Origin: Podarcis muralis
Lineage: Eukaryota
Direction of reading: 5' to 3'
Assembly: GCF_964188315.1 (NCBI RefSeq)
Contig: NC_135655.1
Location: forward strand, 12,090,001 to 12,154,000
DNA length: 64,000 bases
The position numbers and the translations under genes are program-made. Positions 1-11,365 of the stretch are shown here, piece by piece. Numbering within the stretch: position 1 is the first letter of the stretch; each line of letters starts with the position of its first letter. The notes under the pieces are model-generated. The model was not told the origin of the DNA. It saw only the letters and a program-made list of their open reading frames with translations, and ran no database searches.

Positions 1-399
1 AAAAATAGGAGCGCATGAGATATGAGCATGCAATGTGATTGGCGTTTCTGTTTGGAAACATTGTGAAGAAGATTGTGTGTGGGCTTGTGTGTGTGCGCGC
101 ACAAACAGTTCATTTGATTAACTAATGGTTTTGTTATTTAAGGCATTATGCTTCCTGGAAAGGGAAGTCTTTGTCAAGTGCCTGAAGTTAAGGAAGAAGG
201 GTACCTATCCAATCTCAGTCGGGAGAGCTTTCCCTAAACTTGGGCCCCACAACACTAAATGTATGGCTTCTGGCAATTATGAATCACACATCTGAGCCAA
301 GGGTGACCACCAACAGAGACTCTCACTAAGATTTCAGTGATCAGGCAAGAGTGATAAGGGATAAGGGAACATGTGGTCTTTATAATATCATGGACCCAA

Positions 400-660
400 G
401 TTGTTTAGGGCCTAGTAACATATGGGCAGCTAGTACAAGCTTTTATTCACCACAGTTATGTGCTGGCAGTAATCTATCCCCATCAACTGTCTTGTACCAG
501 CTGCAACAACTGAACCAGGTGCAAGGATCCAGGTGCAAGGGTAGCCAGACATGTAGAACACATTGTAATAATTCAGTCTTGAGATTACTAGTGCGTGAAT
601 CATCATGGCCTGACCAAGAACGGCCATAGCTTGTAAAAGGTGCTGCTAGCCCTGGAGCAT
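400..660 (-). mobile_element. degenerate L2-type LINE fragment (ORF2 C-terminal part)
   Basis: Minus-strand translation IHALVISRLNYYN resembles the L2 HALVxSRLDYCN motif. Confidence 0.6.
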
Positions 661-2210
661 GGTTCCAGGAGCACTCCCAAAGTATGAAACTTACTTCAGA
701 GGGTTATTAAACCCTATCAAGGATGAGCAAAATTCCTGGACATGGGACACACACATCCTGGGGCCTCCACCCTCTCATGCTTAAAACTCAGTTTATTAGT
801 CCTCATCCATTCCACAACTGCATCCAGACATCCTTCTATCTAGACCATGCCCAGTCTCTTCTGACTCAGATGTTTTGAAGAAATTAGCTGTATATCGTCC
901 ATGTTAACCTCAAGCAGCAGGGGTTGGTGGAGATGCTGACCAAGGTTTCAGATATTTTAAAAAACCTATTCTACTTTGCATAATATATACAAGTGGTATA
1001 ATTCTTCTTTTCTTGATAGACACACAGCAAGGTAACCTGAAACTGAACTTGATTCTGTATTTGAGGCGTCTGAGAGTTCTTCTGTCCATACACAGATTCC
1101 TAATGGTGTCATGTGATGAGGATGCAAATTACCTTGAATGCAGGAATGCATATGACACCCCTTTAGTATCAAGAGCACAAACAATCCCAAATGAATATTA
1201 AAAGACCTATATCACTGTCTAATTCTGAAGACTGTTGTGTGTAAAATATTCATACTGCACATGTTGGATGAATAAAACCTTGTTTTTAAAGTGTTTAATT
1301 CCAAAGGAGAAAATACTTTATATGGGTTTTTTCCCCCCGTGTTCCCCAATTTTTCCAGATTTTCTAATGGGGGGGGGGAAATGATTTTTTCCAATCCTTC
1401 ACATTTCTTGTGAAGAGCTGAAACCTATTGTGTTGCACTTCCTTCTTCAAAAGTGGATCTACTTTATTAACAGGAAAAGAGTTGGTGGTTCAGTTTGTCT
1501 CTAAGGTTCTCTACACACTTCAGAGTGCAAAACCTGTACATTAAGGACAATTTCTCCTTCATTCTTCAACTTATATGTGTGTACTGTAATGTGTCGCACA
1601 TGAGCAAGGCTTCCTCAGCAGTATTGGGTAGCCTCTTCATTGGTTTACTGGCCAGAGGCTTCAGATGTCACCCACCCTAAACTGTGTTTCCTCCCTTCTC
1701 TGACAACTGAGAGACTCACTGCTTGTGTGCAAACATGAATTAAACCAGCAGTATCAATTAATCACTCTTCCATCACCAGTATCTTGCTCAGTTGAACAGA
1801 GATGATTCATTCCCCAAAACAAAATGTTAATCTTTGGCGATGAATTTATCCATTTATCATAGGAGTATCTTTCAAAATATGTTCATTGTAGTTTCTGACT
1901 CAGGACATACTAACTTAAGCAAACTTTAAAATCATGAATACTAATAACCTGGTACTCTGTTTTGTGATGTCACCTTTTAGCAAAGAGAAGTGGCTCTGCT
2001 GTGGACACACACGTGTTTCAGGCCAGAGGTTAAGTTTCTAGCTCAAGATCTCTCTGGAATATTTGTTGGGAGCCATTCAGATGGACCACATGGACTTGTG
2101 CAGTTAGGCATTTTGACACACGCACAATCTAACACACAAGGCATTATTAAACCTGACCAGTGTTGTGTTCTGTTAACTGGAGCACATGTGGGAGAATAAA
2201 GTTTTGCAAT

Positions 2211-2437
2211 CAGCCGTAGCTCGGTGACGTTGTGCCCCTGGCAGAACCGTCCAGATTGCGCCCCCCTAGCCATGGACAAATTAGCTCTTCTTTCTTCCTC
2301 TCCTCCAAACCCCCACCCCACCCATTCAATTCACCCTCTATTTAAAACCTTTTATTATGAGGCAATAATGGATATTTTAATTGACATATTTTGCGATTTT
2401 GGCCCTCCTCACCACCCCTCCTCTAACTACGGCCCTG
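2211..2437. mobile_element. hAT-type MITE
   Basis: Imperfect TIRs (cagccgtagct / aactacggccctg); perfect 8-bp TSD TTTGCAAT; second truncated copy at 31044. Confidence 0.8.
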
Positions 2438-3165
2438 TTTGCAATAGACAATGCAAAGCTTGTGTATTCAGGTTGGTAGCTGGAAGCATGTAGAATACGC
2501 TGCAAGTCAATAAATTCCTGGCCTAACATGGTGCTATATATGTCAACTACATATTTATTTACACCGTTCGTGGCATGCCATTCTATCCATTTGAGACACT
2601 AATTGTGGCTTGCAGTCCTAATTATAAAACCTTATTTGCATTAAGGTGACTGCTTCAGGCTCAGGTTAATGGGGCCGCATCCTGTGGATCCAGACGATGG
2701 TGCAATCAGTTTTTCCTGTTTAGGTGTTGTGGACAAGACCTGAGGAAGTAGTCAGCCCTGATTAGATATGTCGGCATGTTGTGATGCCAATGTCGCTTAC
2801 CTGGAAGGTATGAACAGCATTCACATATAAAACGGCTCTAATGACAAGTTAATAAGGTTGAGCAACTAGATGTGCCATTGTTACTTTTCTGGTAGCGTAT
2901 AGTCCTTGTACTCCTTCATGTTGCTAGCAGTTACCTAACAAAACAAGTATAAAAATGGCAGTTCTGATAATAGATATACAAACCCCTCGCCTTGGTTTAA
3001 TGGTCAGTATTCTGTGTTGTGAATATTTTTGTGAGTTTCTTGCAGGGTGGTGAGCTGAAACAGACGCTATGCCTGGTATGACTTGGGGGGGGCGGAATTG
3101 GTCTCATGAGTTCTCTATGGTTCCCCGTCTGTGAAATTAGAAACCACAACCAGCAATTCCACATA

Positions 3166-3376
3166 TAGTGGCACCTCAGGTTACAGACGCTTCAGGTTAC
3201 AGACTCCGCTAACCCAGAAATAGTACCTTGGGTTAAGAACTTTGCTTCAGGATGAGAACAGAAATCACGTCGCGGCTGCGGGAGGCCCCATTAGCTAAAG
3301 TCATCAGGTTAAGAACTGTTTCAGGTTAAGAACGGACCTCCAGAACAAATTAAGTTCTTAACCCGAGGTACCACTG
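3166..3376. mobile_element. Tc1/mariner-type MITE
   Basis: TIRs (t)AGTGGCACCTCAGGTT / AACCCGAGGTACCACTG, flanked by TA. Confidence 0.85.
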
Positions 3377-3589
3377 TACACCCCCCCCCCCCAATATTAA
3401 TGCTTACTTTCATAGCTCCCATGTTGTGCTACTGATGAGTGAGTCCGGGCCTGTGGTAACACAACTGGCCTTTTAATCACTTGACTGATTCTGAAATGAT
3501 TGGCTTGCTTTCATAATAATATGCTTACAAAATGAGGTACGAGAAGCATTTCTTAAAAAAGAAATTTAAAGCTCTTCTATCTCTGCTCA

Positions 3590-3590
<1 letters not shown>

Positions 3591-3625
<35 letters not shown>
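3591..3625. repeat. (CA)n microsatellite
   Basis: Direct reading. Confidence 0.95.
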
Positions 3626-3627
<2 letters not shown>

Positions 3628-3926
3628 CAATTCCAGAGTGGTTGACAACTAAAATTTTTATATATGTACAGCAGAAAATTGCAACCAAATAATAAAGCAC
3701 AACAATTAAATTTGACATTAAACTTCAGTCAATGCCTGTGTAAATAGGCAGGTCTTTTAACAGATGCCAAAAGCTGCCATTTGTTCTAATTGTACCTCAG
3801 GAGTTTTAAAGCAGGGGTGCCACCACTGAAAGCTTTGATCTTGATTCTAACATCGCGTTATACTCTAGTGCTTTGTAGTATTTTAAACAGGCTCTTATCC
3901 TCCTGGCTTAGACCATCTGAATTGTA

Positions 3927-4274
3927 CAGTGGTACCTCGCAAGACGAATGCCTCGCAAGACGGAAAACTCACAAGACGAAAGGGTTTTTGGTTTTTTGAG
4001 TTGCTTCGCAAGACGATTTTCCCTATGGGCTTGCTTCGCAAGACGGAAATGTCTTGCAAGTTTGTTTCCTTTTTCTTAAAACCGTTAATGCAGTTGTGAC
4101 TTGACTTCGAGGAGCAACTCATAGCACGTGGTGTGGTAGCCTTTTTTTGAGGTTTTTGAAGACTTTGGTGATTTTTGGAGCTTTTCCAAAACTTTTCCGA
4201 AACCGTGCTTCGCAAGACGAAAAAATTGCAAGACGAAAAAACTCGAATTAATTTCGTCTTGCGAGGCACCACTG
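3927..4274. mobile_element. Tc1/mariner-type MITE (CGCAAGACG family)
   Basis: TIRs CAGTGGTACCTCGCAAGACGAA / TTCGTCTTGCGAGGCACCACTG, TA TSD; near-identical copy at 60231-60585. Confidence 0.9.
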
Positions 4275-4378
4275 TATATGTTTCAGTAAATGTGGGTTGA
4301 GTATATTATTGCATAAGCGTGTACAAAGAGTGGGAAAATACATAATGACCGCTCCCCGCTTAAAATGGGGGGCGCCCT

Positions 4379-4998
4379 TTGCGTGGACGCGTGCAGCCCC
4401 TAGATCTGGAGCGGCTCCATTGGCATAGGGTTGGCTTTGCCTTCCCTCAAGTGGGATACCTGGAGGTCTCCGCCTACCTCAGTCAGTTGTCCAATCCCAC
4501 CTGGGGGAAGCGTTGCCAAGGAGACCAGGCCAGGTAGGGGAGGGATTACCTGCCCACACAATAGAGGGAGGATCTTACCTGGGAATCCTCACTTGGCTCC
4601 AGAGCTTCTCCCACCCTACCCACCCTCAGTTAATGTCTTATTTTGCAGGTTAACTTTTCTTCACAGGTTTTGCAGGTTAACTTTTCTTCACAGATATGCG
4701 GGCGCTGCTACGTTAAGGTCGTTGTTAAAGGGCCGGAAAGGAATTTCCCTGCATTGACAGGTTTCGCCTTTCCTGTAGCAAAACGTCACAACTTTGGCGG
4801 TGTCAGGCCTTGGGCGGAATCCTTTAGTCCATCTTCCTCTAGGGAGGGAGAACACCCAATGCCTGAGCCAAGGTCTACCCACATTTGAAATTTAATAAAG
4901 TTGTGGCCAATTTAATCCCATAGCACGTTGTCTTGAGTCGTTATTCCACATGACGGGGGGGACCGCTCGGGATCTGGGGACTCCACCTGTCCACGCAA
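4379..4998 (+). mobile_element. LTR-like element (solo LTR or DIRS-like terminus; class uncertain)
   Basis: 10-bp inverted termini TTGCGTGGAC / GTCCACGCAA; GC-rich; AATAAA at 4894 followed by a GT-rich tract; no clear TSD. Confidence 0.55.
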
Positions 4999-7455
4999 TG
5001 AAAATGTGGACTTTGTTGGATGCTGCCCAGTGTAAGCATCGGGGGGGGCGGATCTGTATTTGGCCAGGGCTGTGTGATAGATGTATGCTCACTTGGCGAG
5101 ACCTTTCTCTGTGTTGTGTAATAATATTCTAAAATATGGTTTGAGGTATGCTTCAATCTTGTGTGGATATTTCATGCCATTATTTGTGATCACTGCTAAA
5201 GCTGGCAGATGCAAGAGTCATGGAATGTCAACTGTTGAGAAGTTTTGGAGTAGGGACAGCCTCCAATCTGCAGTTTTAGGAGAATTCATGAGAGGGGAAG
5301 GGGATTTGTTTACTGCTGTGAGTTCTATCCAGGACTGGAGCTTCTGTCAGTGGGCCTGGAGGCTTAGTCTCATCTGACCACCACATTTGTAGAGCCCTTG
5401 ATCAAAGGAAGCATTTGTGCAGGGGGCCACTACAGTCAGGACTGGTAAAATTCCCTGGGTACCAGAATCAAAGTTTCTAGGCACCTGCGCCTTTGAGCCA
5501 TTCGGCAGCACTGGTTGTGTACATTCATTAGTGCTGGTCTTACGACTCAAACTAGTGCTGCAAGAGCCGCTACACTTTTGGAATTTGTACTTGATCCAGG
5601 ATGGCTTAGTGCCAATTCAGCTGTATGCACTGCTGCGGGAAGCCATTATTCCAAGCATCCAATGAGAAGGGCCAGCATTAGGGGTACTGTAAACATATTT
5701 AGAATTCAAAGGAATTGCTGCCAACAGTTGAATACTGTGCATAACCAAATGTTGAAACTCCATATTCCTTTGCAAAGTTGTCTATTATTGTCCCAAATTG
5801 TTCTTGGAATGAAGAATAGGGAAGGGAATGCTGACTTGCTACAGCAAGGATTATCCTCTATTCGGTGGTGTCAGACCAGTTCTTGGAGGCATTGATAGGC
5901 TGGATGTGGGCCATTGAGGTTATATCCTGTATAGCCAAGTATGTCTTGAAGTTGCACGTCTGGGAGGTGTGGAGATTGCCAGTCCTGGACAGGGTTGCAC
6001 TTGCCTGGAAGGAACAGGTCTGCAGCAGGGGAGTGCTCCTGGGTTTAGCTGGAGACTCCGGTGTCCTTTATATTGAGATGGTGGATTTAGGATGCTTTGA
6101 TCAGAACCACTTTAGCTACTATGCAAGTCCTGAACATTTTAAATCTGTTGGCTATAACAGCTTATGCAGGCAGAAGATGTGATGTCATTCTCACTGATAT
6201 TAACTCTCCAAGTGTACTTTGCGAAGTTTGACATCGTAAAGAGCTTCGGGTGGCAGCTTGAACAGTGCTTTAAATGTAATATTTGTATACTATGCAGCGT
6301 TTGAATCGTGTAGATTGGTAAAGGGTGTGTAGAGCAGTTTTCATTGGTGGCCATTCTGGAAGCTAACTTAAAATTTACATTTTTATGGTTTTGAGTAGCT
6401 TGAAGCTGAATTGCTATTGTGTTGTAAAAGTTGGGTGTTACAGAGATTATGTTTTAACAGTGAAAGTTTCGAATTGTGTTGCTTTCTCCTTTTAGATCTT
6501 CACTTTTTTATCTGAAAGAAGACTTTCCTCCCATTCATCACCATAACATTTTGTTTTCTAACATACACAGCCTTAACTTTTTAAGGTCTTCCTTTTTTAA
6601 AAAGGAAAAGAGGAATATTCTTGAAGCTTAGTTTGCAATGTATTTCAGAGAAGGCTGAAAATATAACTAGAATTAGGAGGTGAGAACGGTCATTATTTCA
6701 ATAAGTAAGAACTACAAAGAGGAGCCATATGTTGTACCCCTCTCTACAACTGTCACTTCTGTGGAAGGAGGGGAAAGTTTAGAATCCGAAATTGGCTGTG
6801 TTAAATCTCTAGTAGCAAGTTCTGTAAACTAACGAGTCTTAACATCTGTAGAACCCCTATTGCTGAGTCAGCTTTGCCATATTTTCCATATATCTGACAA
6901 GGTATAGGTAGAATCTGCAAGACGTTTAGTCAGTGAATTCCATACATTCCTCAGGCAATAGTCATCTCCCACTTTTGGTTCCCAGCAACTCAAAAGACAT
7001 TCTTTATGTGAACCTGGTAGCCATCATGATGTGTAGCCATTTATACTTGAGACTGAGACCCAACTCCATGCAAGTATATGGAGGGTATCCTTTTTCTGGA
7101 AGCTACCATGAAAAAAGACTGCAGGGAGGATTCTGTTAATGCTCATTTGGGGGCTTGGTATAAAGAGTTATCTGTTCTAGGAGGAGTAGCCAACGTATAG
7201 TCCCATGATCAAGGATGATGGCTTTGTAGTCTGTAAAATCTGGTGGGCACCAAGTTTGTGGCCACTGCTTTGTACTGCAGTGCATGATATGAGGAGCACA
7301 ATGAGTTCTAGAGGTCTCTTTGATTCTGTATAGGTCCTGTTCAAAATGGGCCTCCAAATAAGATTTAATAGGAAGGAATCCAATATGGGATGGTCTGCTC
7401 ACTGGTGCATTCTACTACCACATGGCAGTGGGACTACAGCTGTGTTATATATATA

Positions 7456-7819
7456 AAGGTAAAGGTACCCCTGCCCGGACGGGCCAGTCGTGTCCAACTC
7501 TGGGGTTGCGCGCCCATCTCGCTTAAGAGGCCGGGGGCCAGCGCTGTCCAGAGACACTTCCGGGTCACATGGCCAGCGTGACGAAGCTGCTCTGGCGAGC
7601 CTGCACCAGCGCAGCACACGGAAACGCCGTTTACCTTTCCGCTATAAAGCGGTACCTATTTATCTACTTGCACTTAAGGGTGCTTTCGAACTGCTAGGTG
7701 GGCAGGAGCTGGGACCGAACGACGGGAGCTCACCCCGCCGCGGGGATTCGAACCGCCGACCATGCGATCGGCAAGTCCTAGGCGCTGAGGTTTTACCCAC
7801 AGCGCCACCCGCGTCCCCA
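7456..7819 (-). mobile_element. Sauria SINE (Squam1-type), full length
   Basis: tRNA-like head GGGACGCGGGTGGCGCTGTGG with box B GGTTCGAATCC on the minus strand; (ACCTTT)n tail; 12-bp TSD GTTATATATATA. Confidence 0.92.
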
Positions 7820-8114
7820 GTTATATATATACATATATAAAAACCCTTTATTTTGTGACTTACAGGAATGGGAAGGAAAGTCAGCGTTGTTTCTGTTTAA
7901 AACAATAAGCTAGCTCAAACAGCCATTCACCAAAATTGTTCTCCAGTCACCAAAATTATTTGCAGTGCAGTTCTCCAGCCAAGTAATATGTACAAAAATG
8001 CATATTTTAGGGAAGATACAAAAAGGTGTTATATGGGGGGGGGGTTTAAAGCGAAACTAGGCTTTATTTCGCCCAGGTCAAAGACCCAGTTGTCACCCCC
8101 AAAGTGCATTTGCG

Positions 8115-8117
<3 letters not shown>

Positions 8118-8161
<44 letters not shown>
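8118..8161. repeat. (AC)n microsatellite
   Basis: Direct reading. Confidence 0.95.
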
Positions 8162-8163
<2 letters not shown>

Positions 8164-9446
8164 GCTAAAAGCCTCAGTGGTGTCCCTCTGGAGGCTTCAC
8201 CTGGGGCAAAAAATGGCTAGCCCCCCTGTAGCTACAGCTTGGGGAGGGGTAGCTTTGCAAAGAATGTGTGTTAGAAATTCGCGCTAAAATGCTGGTGGGG
8301 AAAAATAATAAACTGATGTGGAAAACTGAATTCAAGATTGAAATAATGAGAAGCAAAAACAAACAGATGTGTCCATCCCTTAGTGACTTACCGTATGTTT
8401 TGCTCTATAAGACTCACTTTTTCCCTCCTAAAAAGTAAGGGGAAATGTGTGTGCGTCTTATGGAGTGAATGCAGGCTGCGTAGCTATCCCAGAAGCCAGA
8501 ACAGCAAGAGGGATTGCTTTCTCTGCGCAGTGATCCCTCTTGCTGTTCTGGCTTCTGAGATTCAGAATATATTTTTTCTTGTTTTCCTCCTCCAAAAACT
8601 AGGTGCGTCTTGTGGTCTGGTGCGTCTTATTGAGCGAAAAATACGGTACCTCACCTACTTGAGTTGTCTGCTTCAGATTATTTGTAGTTGTGACACAGCT
8701 GTCTCCGATTGTGTTGGGTCTGTAGTGGCCCAAGATCATTTGTGGATGGCATTGCTTGGCAGCAGGAGCTTATGGGCACATGTAGTGACTTCTGTGGGGG
8801 TTTTCCCTGGCGCCCCCCCCCTCCACCACTACTTTTTTAAAAAGACAAGCATATGCAAAGCTATGAAGTCCACCCACTTTAGATGCTTCCCCGACTTGAT
8901 ATTCCCCGCTTTTGTCCAGGGCTAGGGATGTGTGCATGCAAATTCATGATTGATAGTGCTTGATGTTGAACTTGATGTTTCTGTCTGTTCAGACTTCAGT
9001 ATCAAACTTTAAGTTTGAGTTCTATGATGTAGGAACCTTTCCTGGACTTGGAAAACAACTTGTCCATGGCACACTGAACTGTTACCTCTGTGAAGCGAGT
9101 TTCCTCATTAAAAAAATACCAGATATTTATAGTGAAACCTGAGAAGGCTGGTAGTTAGTGTGTGAGGCAGGGAGGATTTAGTAACCAGTACAATCTGTGG
9201 CATCTTAAATTAGCTCAGCCAACTACTCCGGACAGCCGCCAGTTGCCTGCACCCGTGCCATTCTTCCTCCCTACCCCCATGCTACTATAACAGTTATGCC
9301 AACCTCCACAGCAGGAGAGGGAAGGGACAAATAAAAGCGCATGTACTGCCTTCATAGTGTTGCCTTGTTTATAACTCTTCGCCCTCCTCTAGGGCTGTTG
9401 GCTCTGAAGCGAGAAAGACCAAGGAGAACTCTGTGTGTACAGTCGT

Positions 9447-9688
9447 AAAGGTAAAGGGACCCCTGGGACCATTAGGTCCAGTCGTGACCGACTCTGGGGT
9501 TGCTGCGCTCATCTCGCTTTATTGGCTGAGGGAGCCGGCGTACAGCTTCCGGTTCGTGGCCAGCATGACTAAGCCGCTTCTGGCGAACCAGAGCAGCGCA
9601 CAGAAACTCTGTTTACCTTCCCACCGGAGTGGTACCTATTTATCTACTTGCACTTTGACGTGCTTTCAAACTGCTAGGTTGGCAGGAA
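9447..9688 (-). mobile_element. Sauria SINE, 5'-truncated
   Basis: Body and ACCTTT tail homologous to the 7456 copy; imperfect 12-bp TSD. Confidence 0.88.
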
Positions 9689-9693
9689 GTATA

Positions 9694-9927
9694 CAGTCAT
9701 ACCTCGGGTTAAATGTGCTTCAGGTTGAGCGTTTTCAGGTTATGCTCCTGGCGACCTGGAAGTAATGGAGCGCATTACTTCCAGGTTTCGCTACATGCGC
9801 AGACGCTCAAAATGACGTCACACACATGCGCGGAAGCGGCAAATCATGACAAGCGCAGACGCGGGTTGCGTTCAGGATGCGAACAGGGCTCCAGAATGGA
9901 TCCCGTTCGCATCCAGAGGTGCCACTG
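9694..9927. mobile_element. Tc1/mariner-type MITE
   Basis: CAGTCATACCTCGG...GAGGTGCCACTG with TA flanks. Confidence 0.8.
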
Positions 9928-10087
9928 TACTTTCATAGAGCTGCCCTGCTTCAGATGGAGCTATGTAGTGATCTAACCTGCTGAGGTAGCCTGCTGTTCT
10001 CAACAAGCCTGTCACAAATAAGTCTGTAGTGTGCTGCTAAAGGACATACACCACCACCCCGTTCCTTGTTGTGGGTTTTTGTTTGTT

Positions 10088-10300
10088 ATATTTATACCAC
10101 ACCTTCTCCAAGGAGTTCAAGATGGCATACACCGTTCTCCCTCTCTTCATTTAATCCCCACAACAACAACAACCTCTTGAGGCAGGTTAGGTTGGGAGGC
10201 TCAGTGACTGGCTCAGTGTCACCCAGTGAATTTCATGGCTGAGTTTGGGGCGGGGGAGATTTGAACTCCGGTCTTCCAAGTCCTAGTCAGACACTCTCAC
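10088..10300 (-). mobile_element. Squam3-like tRNA-derived SINE
   Basis: Motifs cacaacaac..tgaggcaggttagg, gtcacccagtga..catggctgag and a degenerate box B; family name from memory. Confidence 0.65.
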
Positions 10301-10883
10301 TTAGGGTGGTTCAACTTTTCATACCAAGTGGGCCACAGTAGACACAGAACCTGTAGGCCACACAATGCTTTGTCATCCAGGGGAGAGTGAGGGCTAAATA
10401 TGATCCCCTCCCTAGCCCTTTCACTGCCTTTCCAGAGGGCTTTCCTAGAGCCCTCCCATCTCCCAAAGCTGGGAAAGTGCTAACTAGGCTTTTGGAAGGA
10501 CTCTGTCAGAGCCCTCATTCCCAAAGTCCAGCACCTCGCTTACCCAGGTTTGGTAAGGCTGTGGCAGGGTGTGTGCATCAGATGTAGAGTAGGCATGTCC
10601 AACAGTTTCCACCCTAAGAAAAGCTCAACAACTTTGACCCGAACCCACCCATTTGATGCAGTACTTCTGAATGTTCAACATGCTTCACATATCTTGATTG
10701 TTATGGTCACCCTGTAAAGTAGATATGCGTTACATTGGATATAGGTGTATGAGGTTGGGAGTGGCTGGCCTTGGAAAGAGGGAAGAAGGGGGGACATGCC
10801 AGCAATTGGGAGCCAATTTTAACAAATCTGGGCTAGGCAACCAGTATTGCGCCTTGTTCGCTTCCTGCCTGCTAGTCCTTAAT

Positions 10884-11019
10884 CAGGCACCTCCAAACTC
10901 GGCCCTCCAGATGTTTTGGGACTACAACTCCCATCATCCCAAGCTAATAGGACCAGTGGTCACGGATGATGGGAATTGTAGTCCCAAAACATCTGGACGG
11001 TCGAGTTTGGGGATGCCTG
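10884..11019. mobile_element. palindromic hAT-type MITE (CCTCCAGATGTTTTGGGACTAC family)
   Basis: Fold-back arms; perfect 8-bp TSD TCCTTAAT. Confidence 0.9.
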
Positions 11020-11203
11020 TCCTTAATAGTCACTAGCTAGTTATTCACCTGTGGAGCCATTGCCGATGTCTAGCTGGAGCAGCAGCCTTCACCCAAGCTC
11101 CATTGCACCAATGCTGCAAACAGTGTCTAGAGTCAGCCTGATAGTGCATATACCTGCCGACAGGATCAGCACAGGTGACTATTGAAGCAGATGTGCACTC
11201 AGG

Positions 11204-11365
11204 AGGGCCATCACTCAGTGGCGGAGTATCTGCTATCATGCAGAAGATTCCAGGTTCAGTCTTCAGCACCTCCTGTCTGAAACTCTGGAGAGCTGCTGCT
11301 AGGCAGTGCAGGCGATACTGAGCTCTGATGAGTCTGATGTTGGTGCAAGGCAATTCCCTGTGTTT
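11204..11365 (+). mobile_element. Squam2-like tRNA-derived SINE (old)
   Basis: gggccatcactcagtggcggagtatctgc...ccaggttcagtc head and ctggagagctgctgc body; related minus-strand copies at about 24347-24545, 46705-46898 and 56751-56912. Confidence 0.65.

Noticed and set aside
3927-4274. Regularly repeated CGCAAGACG motifs resembling a CRISPR or operator array
   Set aside because: Internal subterminal repeats of a mariner MITE in a eukaryotic genome; no spacer structure.
5200-7430. Possible very old LINE (L1/Tx1-like) on the minus strand
   Set aside because: Only vague resemblance in translation; no RT or endonuclease motif could be confirmed by eye.
10302-10616. Possible MITE with TAGGGTGG / CCACCCTA ends
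   Set aside because: Only an 8-bp inverted match and no TSD; insufficient support.
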